The notes below the pieces were generated by a model. That model ran no database searches. It was not told the origin of the DNA and was given only the letters and a program-made list of their open reading frames with translations. From the NCBI GenBank assembly GCA_000708835.1, contig DF236952.1, positions 124,001 to 188,000 on the forward strand: a stretch of 64,000 nt of DNA, given 5' to 3'. The stretch comes from Klebsormidium nitens (Eukaryota; Plantae; Klebsormidiophyceae). Of the stretch, positions 26,221-38,681 are shown one piece after another (the stretch's first letter is position 1; the number at the start of each line of letters is the position of its first letter). A program made the position numbers and the translations under genes.

Positions 26221-26536
26221 GGCTGTCAACATGGCATTCGGAGCGGTATTACCTAGATTGCAAATGTCGATTTTCAGCGGACGGCTGTCCAGTGTCGAAC
26301 GGTACCAGGCTACCCGCATTATGCACATTGCAGACCATCCAAAAGTCAGTGTCCGTACGTCTGACCGTTACCAGTCTGCCAGACCCGCCGGCTGTCGACA
26401 TGGCATTCAGAGCGGTATTAGATTGCAACCGTCGTTTTTCATCGGACGGCTGTCGAACGGTACCACGCTACCAGCATCTACCAGCATTATGCATCCCCAT
26501 CCAAAAGTCAGTGTCCGTACGACTGACCGTCGCCAG
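26221..26536. repeat. Imperfect direct repeat, two copies, ~169-bp period
   Basis: GGCTGTC(A/G)ACATGGCATTC...CATCCAAAAGTCAGTGTCCGTACG.CTGACCGT at 26221-26374 and 26390-26536. Confidence 0.9.
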
Positions 26537-27466
26537 ACCGCCGGCCCGCGGCCCAGGCGTACAAGCTAGAGAATCCCTCCACTGGCGAGTTCCCCACCCT
26601 GGGCGAGAACTCGCAGCAAGGGCAGAGCAACGGCACACTCGCGAGCAGAGTGGCGAAATCAAGATTTCGCCTGGCTCCCTCGCCAGTTGCCTAAGCAGCG
26701 GAAGTTAGTGACGAATGCAGCGAGCCCCCTCAACATTCAGTTGAGTCGCGGCACACTCAGGGGCGTCCCATACCGCCCTGAATCGCCTGGATGAGAATCC
26801 AGCGATTGGTGCCTCACACAGACATGTCATACATGCAATACACAACACCTGGAAACATGCGGCACAATGCTGTTCGCTGAGAGCGAGGAGAAGACAAAAG
26901 CAGCAAGCCCCTAACTGGGCGCCATGAAATACATGCCTCAGAGAGCGCCTCAGATGCTGCGCGAACAACCTCGCGAAACTCCTAGTCAAGAATATCTCAA
27001 GTCACTGCAATCAAGTCTGCTAATACCTACAGGCGAACTTCGCCCTTACTGACTCAAGCTGAGGTCTACTCTTGCCTACCTGCAGCTGAGGCGAACCTCG
27101 CCCTATAGTCTGCCAACGAAAGTCAGGCGAATAGATGCTAGGCGCTAGTGAGCAGGGGCACTGCAAGTGCACTAAACTCTGGGCGAAATGTCATGGACGG
27201 GACGGGGCGAATCGAACAGCCTGACAGCAAATCAAAAGATGCGAACGGGATGCGAACTGAGCCAATCAGCTCCATCCTATCCCTATGCAGCGAATCGGTG
27301 CCCTCGGTTCGCGAAATCTATGTCGTCAGCCTACAGGCGAACTTTCAGCCTCTACTGCGACATCTCAAATGCCTATCTCGCGAAACCCCTGCAAATCCCT
27401 GAGTTCGCGAACATCAGGCCCAAAATAAGGTCGCGGCGTGGCGCCGTCGCGGCGGCGACTGCACCC

Positions 27467-27607
27467 CAGTCGCCAACCACGAAACTGCTTCGGTCGTCAG
27501 CTGCGAAATCCCTCCAGTCGCCAGCTGCGAACTTCCCTTCAGTCGCCAGCTGCGAACTCGCTCCAGTCGCCAGCTGCGAACTCCCTCCAGTCGCCAGCTG
27601 CGAACTT
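27467..27607 (+). repeat. 24-bp minisatellite, ~6 units
   Basis: CAGTCGCCAGCTGCGAACT at 27515, 27540, 27564 and 27588, with degenerate units at 27467 and 27491. Confidence 0.92.
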
Positions 27608-28023
27608 GCCCCAACTCAGGTGGATTCGCGACCAGCCTTAAAGATGCACCAAGGCGAGCTCGCCTCGCGCCTGAGAAAGATGGGCCCAACCTGATATGTG
27701 CCGGGCCCGCGAGTAGTGTGCCCGGCGGGGCGCTAAAGTTTGCCCGCCCCTGAGGCTCGCCCCGCGCAGCGCCACTGTTCAGTTCGCGCAGGTTTGCCTC
27801 GCCACAAGTCGTCAAATTTGAGGTGGCACTTCGCTCTGCACCTGAGTTGAGCTCGCCCTGAGCGGCCAGCATGAGGGGAGCTCGCGACAGGGCCGTCCAG
27901 GTTCGCCTCGCCACATGGCACCAGGATTCGCGGCCCAATCCAGGTTTCCAGGTCCATCGCACAACTTCGCGAGTTCGCCCTGCTGGATCGCGAGTAGCTG
28001 CGAGTTCGCCCTGGAATTCGCGG

Positions 28024-28195
28024 GGTGGGGGTCTCGCGAGCTCGCTCTGGATTTCGCGAAGGCCCCACCTCGCAAGCTTGCCCTTTACTTCGCCCGGTGG
28101 GGGTGTCGCGAGCTGGCCCTGGGCCTCGCGAACGCCCCACCTCGCGAGCTCGCCGCGGACCTTGCCAGGTGGGGGCGTCGCGCGGGGGGTGGGGT
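28024..28195 (+). repeat. 72-bp tandem repeat (~2.3 units) with internal inverted GGTGGGG / CCCCACC
   Basis: GGTGGGGG..TCGCG starts at 28024, 28096 and 28168; CCCCACCTCGC sits mid-unit. Confidence 0.8.
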
Positions 28196-29055
28196 TCAGC
28201 TTGCACACAGGGCTTGCAAGTTGCCACCAACTTTCACCGGTGCCGGCTGTCTACCGGCCCTCCCACATTTCTACCCGCTGGCCGCCCGGGCTAAAGCACC
28301 GGGCGCCGGTCTTCCTCAGGTGCCCATCATTTTCTTGCCAGCTGTCCAGCCGGTGGGGTGCCTTCGGCACCGGTGTATCTGTCATTTCTGCAGGCCAGGT
28401 CCAGCTTAAACACCGGTTGAGTCGTAGCAAGCACTGCCGCGGCCGCGAGCATGATGACCGATCATAGTAGATGTGAAATTGCCGTTAACTTACCGTTGCC
28501 TCTTTTTAACAAGTGACGCCACGAGAAGTAAGATCCGCATAATGCACTTGAAAGTGAAAGCTCGGGGCAAGAAGTAGGAGATTGTATAGTCTGCTGCCTA
28601 GCCTACATGAGTACTACTACAACAGTCTACAAGCATTTGCACCGGGCACAAGCGCATTACACACGCCAGCACCGAGCAGTATCAGCATGACAGCGGAACC
28701 GGTGACACAGGAATCTGTCACCATTTCTTCTTGGCTGCAGATGGTGCCACGGATGGCAACATACCTAGCTACCTATCTACTGTCTGAGCTTTTGAAATTC
28801 CAAGGGGCAACAGGTCGAAGGAAGCACACAGCGGAGCTGAAAGGCCTCATGAGAAGCTTTCCTGGTCGATCAAGCTCTGATTATAAAGCAGCAAAAGCTA
28901 GCCAGCTCATTCAGATCAGTCTCACCGTTCCACTCCCGTTCTACTTTCCCTCAAATTCGCCACTCTTCTCAACATCCACATTGCCTGCTACCAGCACCTT
29001 GCGATCAGAAAGAAACAAGTAAACACCCGCGTAACCTAGTTCTCTAAGCAGCAGA

Positions 29056-32000
29056 ATGGCTCGCGCCGGTGTGTTGCTGCTGGTCTTGGCGGCGGTGGCC
29101 GTTGTGGCTTTTGCGTCCGATGCGGACCCGGTCGCTGACTTTGTACTGTCCGCAGCCAATGGCCCCGGTAAGACTGCTGCATTACTCAAAGCGCCCTGCT
29201 TGTTTGGTGCTAGAAGCTTCCCTTTTCTCCTATGTGTCCTCCCTCCTTGAAAGGCACCTTGAAGTTGGGGATGCCATGTATGAATTGAGACGATGTGCTC
29301 ATGGATCCATCTCCTCACTTTATCACTTGCTTGCATTGATTGCTGTCCCAATGTAAAGTCGGTGGTTTGCAAACATAAGTTGTTGCACAGGAAACAAAAT
29401 GTGGAATCAGGACCCCACCAAACATGTTTGCAAAGAAGCCAGAATGTGAAATTAGGACCCCACCAATGAGACTGGAACTTCTGTCAGGTCTGGTTCTCTT
29501 ATTTTAGGGAGAGAACTGATGGTTGCTCTCTTTTTTTGTCCTCAGAAGACTGTGATGGCTCGTCCTGAAGCACTATGTCTACATCAGCCCTTTGAAATCT
29601 AGAGATGTGCTCATTCAAGCGCTCACTTTGTAGATCTCAATAATTGAGATCAAAATTCTCATATTTGTCCCTGCAGTTACTGGCAGCAACTTTGCCTTCC
29701 GTGGTCTGAACAACGTCAACGTCACGTCCGGCCAGGGGAGCGGTGCCAGGTCCGCCAATGTCGCGACTTTCCCGGCTCTCACGTAAGCCACTCCCAACGT
29801 CCTCACCAGGAGAAAACAGAATCTGTTTTGGGCTGTTCGGATTGTGGGCCGGCGCCACCGTTTCATTCTTTTTGGTGACTCTGTGTATGGGGGGGAGAGC
29901 CCTCCAATCACCTTCGCAGTTGTTACAAACTGCGCAGGCTGATCAAAAAGCTGCTTGCCTTGCCTGTGAGCACTCCATAATGCAGTCTTGGGCAGAAGCT
30001 CTCCTATTTCACAACCGGGAAGAAGCGGTGCTGCTGAAGCAATTTTTTTGCCTTCTGACCAGTAGTTTCTCTGGGTACCATGCTAGTTCTCCTACTGCGC
30101 CAGTACGCAGCCTTGAAATCTCTGCCAAATGTTGTTCTTGGGATCGTACGCGCCAGAAGACGTAAGATAAGTATCAAAGAGAAAAGAAGCAGATCAGGAC
30201 AATTGCAAAGTCCTGGACGAAATATTAGCAATCTTGAAGATGTCTGCAGAGAAGACGATTTCAGTCTGAGTCTGACGTCTGAGGGAAGCTTCCTTGTGCA
30301 GGTCCAGGGTATCTCGTACACCTACATCAACTACGCTCCTTGCGGTCAGAAGTGAGTTACAAGCCTTCTCTCCATTCTAGTTTCTCAGGACCGTCGATAC
30401 GACGTTATTTCTGAATCAAGCAACATTTTAACAATCTGAACAAAATTGACTTATTCAAAGTCAGCCCAAAAACAGCTCGAATTTTCAAAGACACATATGT
30501 GTTGGGCAATTGCACAGGACCCTCTTTGCCAAGCAGGATTTATCGTACATAAATGATGATTTTTTACCCTAAAAATTTGTACACACATATATATACGTCT
30601 CTGAATCCGGTCCGCTTTTATTGCGCAGCCCCATCCACACCCACCCCCGCGCCACGGAGCTCCTGTTCGTGATCGAGGGCCAGCTGTACGTCGGCTTCGT
30701 TGACACCAACAGTGAGTTGCACTTTGCAAGCTCGACCTGAACTTGCTTTGGTGTCAATTATCACTCTTTCAAACATCTGTGGGCTGCTATACGCGAATTG
30801 CAAGACTGTGCAAAGTGTGGCGATTGAAAGCAGTGCGCTCGGACAGGTCGTCTGGCCGACGTTCACAGAGCGTCCTGATGTGCGATCAGGACTAGCAAGA
30901 CGATTGTGATCACGTTCCATTCTGCATCAACAGCCTCGTCATCAAAGATGGATACTCTCCCTAAGGACTTCTTAACTTTGGTTCTTACACGTCTTCCGCC
31001 GAGCTGTGAAACGCCGCAGGTCTTCGAATCGCCACCCATTCGACTTCAATCATCTCATCTCAAAACCACTTCTTCTCGTTTCATACAATATCCATAAGCA
31101 CGATGGCTTGCTAACGTCACACCTGCTCAGCCGCTGACGTCACCTTTCTTTCCCCTTAGACACCCTGTTCTCGACCACTCTGAACGCGGGTGACGCGTTT
31201 GTCTTTCCCCGCGGTCTGATCCACTTCCAGCAGAACACCAGCCCGTACGGCGGAGCCAGGGCGCTTGCGGCGCTCAACAGCCAGAACCCGGGAACCCAGG
31301 TTAGCAAACCGGGGTTTGCGATTTTGGGGTTGAAAGTATGGGTTTGCCGACTTTGAGGGGTATTCATTCCTAGTTAGTCACCAGCCCCGGCAGCGGAGCC
31401 AGGGCGCTTGCGGCGCTTAACAGCCAGAATTTAGGAACTAGCGAGCCTCGTTTTTGCCCGCTGAAAGGCTCCACTTGTCCACGACTTTAAAGCTTACTAA
31501 CCTCACCAATCGCTGGAGCTGATCCGCTCCTCTCCTGTCCTTTATCGTTTGCGGGGTAATCGAATCGGATGCATGTACTCTCTGCCCATCAGCGTCTCCC
31601 AGGTTGGGATTTGCCAACCCTCGGCTACCTTTTCCTTCGCCCGGCAACCGTCCAATCATGTAATCCCAACACATTGTACCCCTCGAGGTCTCTCCCTCTC
31701 GACTTAGTGCGCACTATTTCAGCCCCCAGCACAAGGTTCAAGCTGCCAAAGCTTGGCTACGCTTTCCCGCAACCAGCCAAAAGCGTCCAATCACATAACC
31801 CAAACTTATCGTATGGCTCACTTTCGTCTTCTCGAGGGTCGGCAGCGCACTGTCTCCCCCTAGCACTGCCCGGGTTCCAAATTGTCAAAGCCCGGCTGCT
31901 TGTTTTCCTCCCCTCTCAACCGTCCGATGCTGAAAACCATGCTTATCGTACCGCTTACACTCGTTCCCACATCTTTGCAGAGGGTCGGCAGCGCACTGTT

Positions 32001-32157
32001 CCTGCCCAGCGGCATTCCCGGAACCATTACCCAGGTCGCGTTCAACGCCCAGGCGGCTGCTCTCGAAGCCATCAAGCAGAACTTCCCGGCTTCCGGGAAC
32101 CCTGTTGGCACTAGCGACACCGGGTGCGGTCGTGGCTTCACTTATCAGGACAACTAA
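29056..32157 (+). CDS. Germin-like / spherulin-like cupin, copy B; exon 3 is 1 nt shorter than in copy A (frameshift unless an upstream acceptor is used)
   Basis: Exons 29056-29167, 29677-29782, 30302-30351, 30629-30711, 31160-31299 and 31981-32157. Same exon structure as copy A, with exons 2, 4 and 5 the same length (106, 83, 140 nt). HTHPRATE and [11 protein letters not shown] are intact. Confidence 0.85.
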
Positions 32158-34266
32158 AGGATGACGTGATCAAGCAGCTAACGGCAGGGTTGAGGATTGT
32201 TGGTTAGACATAATCAGACATGAATAACGAGCGAGGTTTAGGGGGGCGGAAAGGGTTCGCTTGGCCGCCAGATGATGTGAAGTAGGCTGATCTTAGAAGT
32301 AGCGTTGACCCCAGTATGCTTGAGAGTCCGCAGTGAGTTACTCGCCAGAGTCTGTACGTGAATCTGGATACTTACGCCTAATTCAGAGTGCAAAGACCCA
32401 AGACAATAAGCAATTTTTAAGGGATCTATGTACCTGGCAGATTGTGTTTGAAAACTTTGACTCTTGAAATTCTGAAGCTTGTGAACCAGCTTGTACCTGG
32501 ACCGGTTCACAAAGCTGCAGGCCGCGGTCGCAATCTTTCTTCGGGACGAAAAAGCTATTCAAAGAAAGAGGACTTGGACTCCAATTCGTTTTGCGCTCAG
32601 CGTGACATGAGGGCACGTTTCACAACAGTACGACTACGTTCTAACATGTGCATGCCCTTTCGAATATCTCCCAAAAGCATGAACAACGTGTTATGTTATC
32701 TCTGTTTGGGCTAGGCTTTCTTTTACATCAGCAGGCGTTTGGCTCCCAATCGTCTCGTTTTTACTGTTGAATTCCGCATTTGGCAGAGCGCTCTCAATCA
32801 CAAAGGAGACTCTGAACGATTGGCTAAGATTCAAGCACACATGAGAAAGTTACGATCTTATTTTTCGCTCGGCTGAAAAAAAAAGGTTTTTTTCCTTAAA
32901 ATATGTGGTGACAGTCCCATTGCACATCCCACGGGTACCTTCTGCAACTGTACTACTGACAGCAACCCTCTCTTTGATAGACCATCACCCCCCATGTTAT
33001 GAGATGTATATCCAGCGCTAGATCCGGTGCGACGCCCGCGAATAGCTCTCAAGATGACCCTCCATAATTGATGGACATCTGAAAGCAACGAGAAGTCAGC
33101 TCGAAATCCTTGTGAGACGGACCCACCCCAAAGAACAGCAGCCAAAATTGGCTCGCCGTTTCGAAACCGATTTTCTGGAGACGGCCGGTCTTGAGGAAAG
33201 TTCCTGTCTGACCGACCAATAATCTGCCAGAAAGCATCTCAGCGGCCTGATCGCGAGCACGAGGCGTTCATTGGTCGAAGGAGTCTAAGCATAGCTCTGA
33301 AGAACAAGTGATTCCTTAACCGAATCGAAACGGTTATCAAAGGTTGATATGATTGGCAGAAAAGTCGCGAACTTCGAAGCACAGAAAACAAGCAATCGCT
33401 ATGAAATCTTCAGCACTGAAGAACGAAGTCCTGAGAAAGTACCCAACGCTGGATTACTTTGGAGATTTGGCAGGAGCGTCAATCGTCTCAGGAAACCGAG
33501 CCCTATGAGCGACAGAGATGAAGCGAGACCAAATGCATCAACCAACTTTCCTCCTCACTCCACAAACCAGTTCATTTAAAAGTCGCGCGGCAGCTGATGA
33601 CGAACCGCATTATATGACGTAAGCAGGACTCCTCTTGAATTAGTTCGTCGCCAAGCTTTTGTTCGTGCAAGAGACGACGCCGCTCTCGGCCTTTTCAAAC
33701 TGATGATGTCCTCATACCAGCTAAAGTCGGCGCCCGCTGGAAGCGCAAACTTTGAAGTTCGATCGATCTTGATCGGATCAATCAAGGCGATCGTGACGTA
33801 CCACAAAATATTTCTGGCGCCCTATGATCAGGTGCTCTCATTGTACGATCTCGTATTACATCACCCTCTTCGAGCCAGCTATGTGGCATGCAATATTTGC
33901 TACATGAGTACGTACTAACAACGTTTACTTCGCCCACGCGTGCAAACTTAATCAGATACCCGCAGTTTTCGTTCAAGAAAAGCATGCCGCGGCTGCAGAT
34001 AATTAGTGTATACACATGCACTAGCTACATACTGGCCACTGCCAATCATTCCTATCAGCGTATAATTAAATCGAGTGCGAAGAGTTCATATACCATCATA
34101 CAACGTTGAAATATGCGCCTACGTACAGCTTGCTTCATCAGGGTGTGATGACTTAGCTCCCAGTCATGGGTGCCATTAGTAACTGCAATTCGCGGATCCG
34201 ATCTTTGAAGGCCCGGGCTGCTTAGAAGGGAAAGTCAACATGCTCGTGCGAAGCAAACGATCAAGT

Positions 34267-37200
34267 CTATGTCTCCAAAATCTTCGTCACAATGCCGACA
34301 GCGACCGTCTTTCCGCTGTCTCTCAGGGCGATGCGACCAAGCGCCCTGTAGTCAGTGTACGCTTCTAGACAAATCGACCTTTCCGCGACCAGCTCTACAA
34401 CGGCGCTCTGATTCTTAGTAACGACTCGGGGCTTCGCCTTGGCGACCTGCCCCGACTTGGGGTCCAGCAGTGACACCAGCTCCGAGATCCTGACCGGTTG
34501 CTTGGCGCTGTGAGCGTGCAAGACCAGGGACGCTCCTCGGAGCAGGGGCATGACGATGTTCAGTGTCAAGAGCCGCACCTCTACTTTCGTCGCTGTTGGA
34601 ACCGGATAATCCGGGTGACAGAGAACGGAACCGGCAAAAAGTACGTTCGGCTCTATTCCGGACAGACCCACGTCCACACTATCTCCCGCAGCGGCTCCCG
34701 TCACCGCCTCCCCGTTCCGCTCCACTCCCTTCACAGTTGCGACCTCCCCTGCTGGCATAACCAAAACTTTAGACCCCTGCTTCAGCACGCCCCCCTCCAG
34801 CTTCCCCCCGATCGCCGCGCTCCCAAGCGTCCGGGTTTTGAACACCTCCGCAACGACTAACCGCAGCGGTTTAGCCACTAACCGCACTGGGGCCTGGAAC
34901 GAATCCACGGCCGCCAAGAGATGTGGCCCCCGGTACCACGCCGCGAGCTCTTTTGCTTCTGGGGGTTCGGTTAAGTTTTCCCCCGCTAACCCGCTCACGG
35001 GCAGCCAGCGCACCGCCGAGTCCTTAAACCCGCACTGCCGCAAAAAGGGCACTAACCCCGCCTGGATCTCGGTGAATCTCTCCTGGTCGTACTCAATTGC
35101 ATCCATCTTATTGACCGCCACGATGAGTTGCTCAACCCCGAGACTCCGTGCCAGCTGCGCGTGTTCTTTCGTCTGCCCCCCCTGCCCCCCCTGCCCCTCC
35201 ATACCCGCCTCGAACCCCCCTGGAGTGGCGTCGACCACTAGTATCGTAGCGTCTGCTTGAGAAGCCCCCGAAATCATGTTCGGGACAAAATCCTTGTGTC
35301 CCGGGGCGTCGAGGAGGATGATCCGCTTCTGGGGGGTCTCGAAGTGGGCCACGGCCACAGTCATGGTGACCCCCCGGGCGCGCTCCTCAGCGCCCTCGTC
35401 GAGTACCCATGCATAGGCGAACGACCCCTTGCCCTGCTCCTTGCTCTGCTTCTCGTTCTTGTGCATCTCCTTTTGCGACACCTGATGAGGGAGTTGGAAT
35501 AACATGTCAATCGCTGTTCAGAACCACTTAGTTTTGACACGAGAGCACCAAGTCGGCACATATCGGCCAAAGCTTTGAGAATGGTTGTTTCCGAGCGCCA
35601 AGAGATCCGTGACGTTCAGACCGTGCTCTACAAAGCTTCGACGTTCCTTCACGAGTTGTCTGGCCAAATCTTTTCGGCCACACCCAGACTCTTGAGGCTT
35701 TTGACCAGACTTTATGTCAGCATGACGCATTCGAATCTCTTAAAATGAGTCGTACTAGTCGCAAAGCTATGCCCCTTTGGTCAGAGTCACGAAGTGGAAG
35801 AGAGCGGCTGCCACAGGAGCCCGTATTCGAGCGCCTCTTTAATGCCTTCCAGTCTGCCAGCCAAAACCTGAAGTCCTCAGCGGAAAACCGGCATTAGAAC
35901 GTCCAAATAGACCTTCGACGGCCAGGTCGCGACAACCATGTTCCTCTCACCTGGCCCAGCGCATGCAACACTCGCCCCATCAGCGTCGACTTCCCCGCAT
36001 CCACGTGGCCCACGATGATCAGATTCAAAACGTCTTTCTCGCCCCCCCGGCTGCGGATCTCGGCCAGCAGCTCCTCGTCCGGCCGGTATGCGCTCAGCGG
36101 CAGCGACTGCCACTTCCTCTTTCCGGGGGGTAGAGTTGCCCCGGAAGTCTCCCCCCTGCCCGAGCTGCTCGGCTCCCCCTGGCCCCTGTCCGAAACCTGG
36201 TCGTCCAAACTCAGCCTTCGGACACCTTGCTCAGCACCTCTTTTTTCCTTTTTACCTTCAGCGGCACTCTCTTGCAATTCTACGGCGGGCGCGCTCTGCC
36301 TTCGGTTCCGAATCGGGTCGTAAGGCTTCGGGGTCGGTTTGGTTTCCACGGCTTGGAGGGGGGGCGGTTTTCCGTTCAGCGAAGCGGGAGGCTTCTTGGC
36401 AGTGCCCGTACCGCGGCGGCGGGCGGCCAGCACTTGGTCGTCCGGGGAGGGGGAATCGAATGCAAAGGGGGCTGCGAGAAGGCAGAAAAGGACCACGTTT
36501 CCCTCATGTAGAAACAAAGTCTTTTAGAGTCCATTGGGGACAAGGTTGAGTAAGAAGCGAGATTGAGTTGAAGACAATCGGGACCGCAGGATATATTTTT
36601 TAGGGGAATTCAGGGAGGGTGAGGTGAAGAGGCTCCAAAGAGCTTCTTCAAGAGTGTCAAGTGAGGAGAGCGGTTTTGATGTATGTCTGACCGCACTCGG
36701 AGAAAGTCAAGAAAATCTATTTTTGGGAAGTGTTCGACATTCATTCTGACTTTCAAGAACAACACAGGCACGGATGGGACGTTTTGTAGCACTGGCACAG
36801 AAGTCAGGCATGTAGAGAAGAAGCAAGAGGAGAGCGCTGATCACAACAGAATGGTTCGAACCCAAATCACAGCTGGCTGAAAGTCGAGTCATTGCTGCTC
36901 AGTGGAACTGCAGGGCTTGAGGACTTGAGGACTCCGGCAACTTGGGTGCAGATAAAGTTGCGACCATGAGGATTGAAGCCAGATGCACCCATCAGACGTG
37001 ACAGAAGGTGCCTGACCTATGTATTCTTCCTCCTCAGTCTCTGCTATCAGGTGCCCCTCCCCTTGCGAGCCTCTGTTGGCTATCTGCTTCCGAGGACCCC
37101 GTGGAAGCGGACTACACAAGAAGAGCGCCAGACGGGAAGAAGGGTGCTTACCTGGACCAGCGGAGGATCTCTGATGAGTGCCACTTTTCAGAGCAAGAAA

Positions 37201-38142
37201 TGAACCCATTGCGCTAGCAACAGAACAAGCATCACTAAATTGAGGCATACAAAACTCTTGATTGGTATGCACACCCGGTGTAGTTCCACTGTTCTTTGGT
37301 CTGTGTTTGTCCCTCTTCATACTGATTGAAAAGATACCATCAAGAGGTGGCCCTCACAGTTCTCTGATGTCAAGATGGTCGACAAACTATGGAAGACACC
37401 ACAAAGTAGGAGCATCGAAAGTACGGTCTGGGATAGAAGTGTGGCAGTGTACAAATAGGATGATAGATTACAATGAAGAGACACCCTACCAGGATCAAGT
37501 GGAGGCGCTTTGCTTGCAGAACTCGCTCCTTCCTGTGCACTTTCTGCGGCAGGGCGAGGCGTGCCACACATGTCGCATGCGAGGTGCTGCTCTAGGTTGT
37601 CATACGTGCAGAGAGGGCACCGCCATTGGCCAGCGGAAGGCGGTGGGAGGTTGGCATGGGATGCTCCGGCTGGGGGCGCAGGAGTGCTTGATGCACCGGC
37701 ATGCTCTCCTGTACAAATGCGGCTTGGAATTTCTGAGACTTCAATTGTGTACAGGACAACGGACAGGATATGCTGAAACAATATTGTGGTCAAAGTTGCC
37801 AGCAGCGAAGGTGGTATATAAAAGACTGGAACGGCAGCAAAGGGGCCTTTGAACGCAAGGACCCTTCCAACACTGACAGGGCAGCATACTTTATGATTCC
37901 TCCGAAGTGTCTGGATATGCAGTAGCACAGCCTATTCTGAAACTTTCTGCCCAGCCATGCAATGCAACCCAAGTTGAAGGTGATCAAGTCCATCAGAAGC
38001 GAAGGTCGTGAACGATGAACTCACCAGGTGCACCATAAGCACTCCAGTCCTCTTCCTCATACTCCTCATCAGCGTATGCGTCATCATATCCATCATCGTA
38101 ATCATCATCATAGAACTTGCCTTTGCCGCCTGACTTTTTCAT
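34267..38142 (-). CDS. HBS1: HBS1 / SKI7-family translational GTPase with N-terminal RanBP2-type Zn finger
   Basis: Exons 38025-38142 (MKKSGGKGKFYDDDYDD), 37490-37708 (WRCPLCTYDN...CDMC), 35951-36471 (PFAFDSPSPDD; G1 GHVDAGKST) and 34267-35481 (ERARGVT, DAPGH, NKMD, RALGRIALRD) give a continuous frame of ~690 aa. Extra exons at 37017-37170 are possible. Confidence 0.93.
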
Positions 38143-38681
38143 CGTGATGCAATCAGCTTGCAGGAGAGTGTTGAGAAACTAATCCAACGAGATTGCAGCT
38201 GCATGTGAGCCACCTCAAGGCCCTCAGTCCGAGTCAAGGGAAGGACTTTCTTGAGCAAGCGAAAGTGCCTCAAACCAGCGCGTCTTCCCTGCTCACACTA
38301 TCATTGATTTGCACCAATGGCAATTTCTCTGCACGTTCTGCAAGTTTCTGCAAGTTCTCTGCACCCCATTTGTATCTCCTGGTCATGTCCTCCAGGGCCT
38401 TATTCCCACTTGGTTTCAGCCGGTTCGTCCTACCGGGCAATAATATTGCGGAGCACGGTGCACCTCGTATCTTGGCGAAGTGGAACTTGCACAGCGAAAC
38501 CCACTGCAGCCTCAGGAAAGGTGGCAAACACAAGCGGCAGGGCGTCCAGTGGCATTGGTTGAGTCCCTCTCACAGCCACATTGTGTCAGGCCGAGCTCAC
38601 AGCCATGTCCCTTCCTCGATCACAGGCTTACCCTTGGACCAGCATGCTCTCTTCCGGCCCAGATGACCACCGAGCTGGAGA
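38143..38681. promoter_or_regulatory. Short divergent intergenic region (probable shared promoter of HBS1 and the primase-helicase)
   Basis: Predicted ATGs on opposite strands are only ~540 bp apart; no specific elements identified. Confidence 0.4.

Larger units (their letters stand above)
26570..28250. mobile_element. Repeat-dense non-coding element (GGCGA/TCGCC motif in both orientations); possible non-autonomous DNA transposon or foldback remnant
   Basis: Many GCGAG/CTCGC/GCGAA motifs, hairpin GGCGAAATC-aa-GATTTCGCC (26652-26671), palindrome AGGCGAGCTCGCCT (27652-27665), plus a 24-bp and a 72-bp tandem array. No terminal inverted repeats, target-site duplication or transposase identified. 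Confidence 0.4.

Noticed and set aside
27467-27607. 24-bp repeats as a CRISPR array
   Set aside because: Head-to-tail with no spacers, so a minisatellite.
26017-27719. CACTAC ... GTAGTG as CACTA transposon termini
   Set aside because: Only 6 bp match, the flanking 3-mers differ (TGG vs TGC), and the repeat zone extends beyond the putative right end.
27414-28208. 264-aa ORF (and overlapping 27871-28467) with repeated GELARWG-like motifs
   Set aside because: Translation of the DNA repeats; several frames on both strands are open because of high GC, and no domain is recognisable.
32700-33700. Possible small gene between germin B and HBS1
   Set aside because: Only short ORFs with no recognisable motifs or coherent splice pattern.
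36850-36870. GGTTCGAACCC resembling a tRNA T-arm
   Set aside because: No acceptor, D or anticodon stems can be folded around it.
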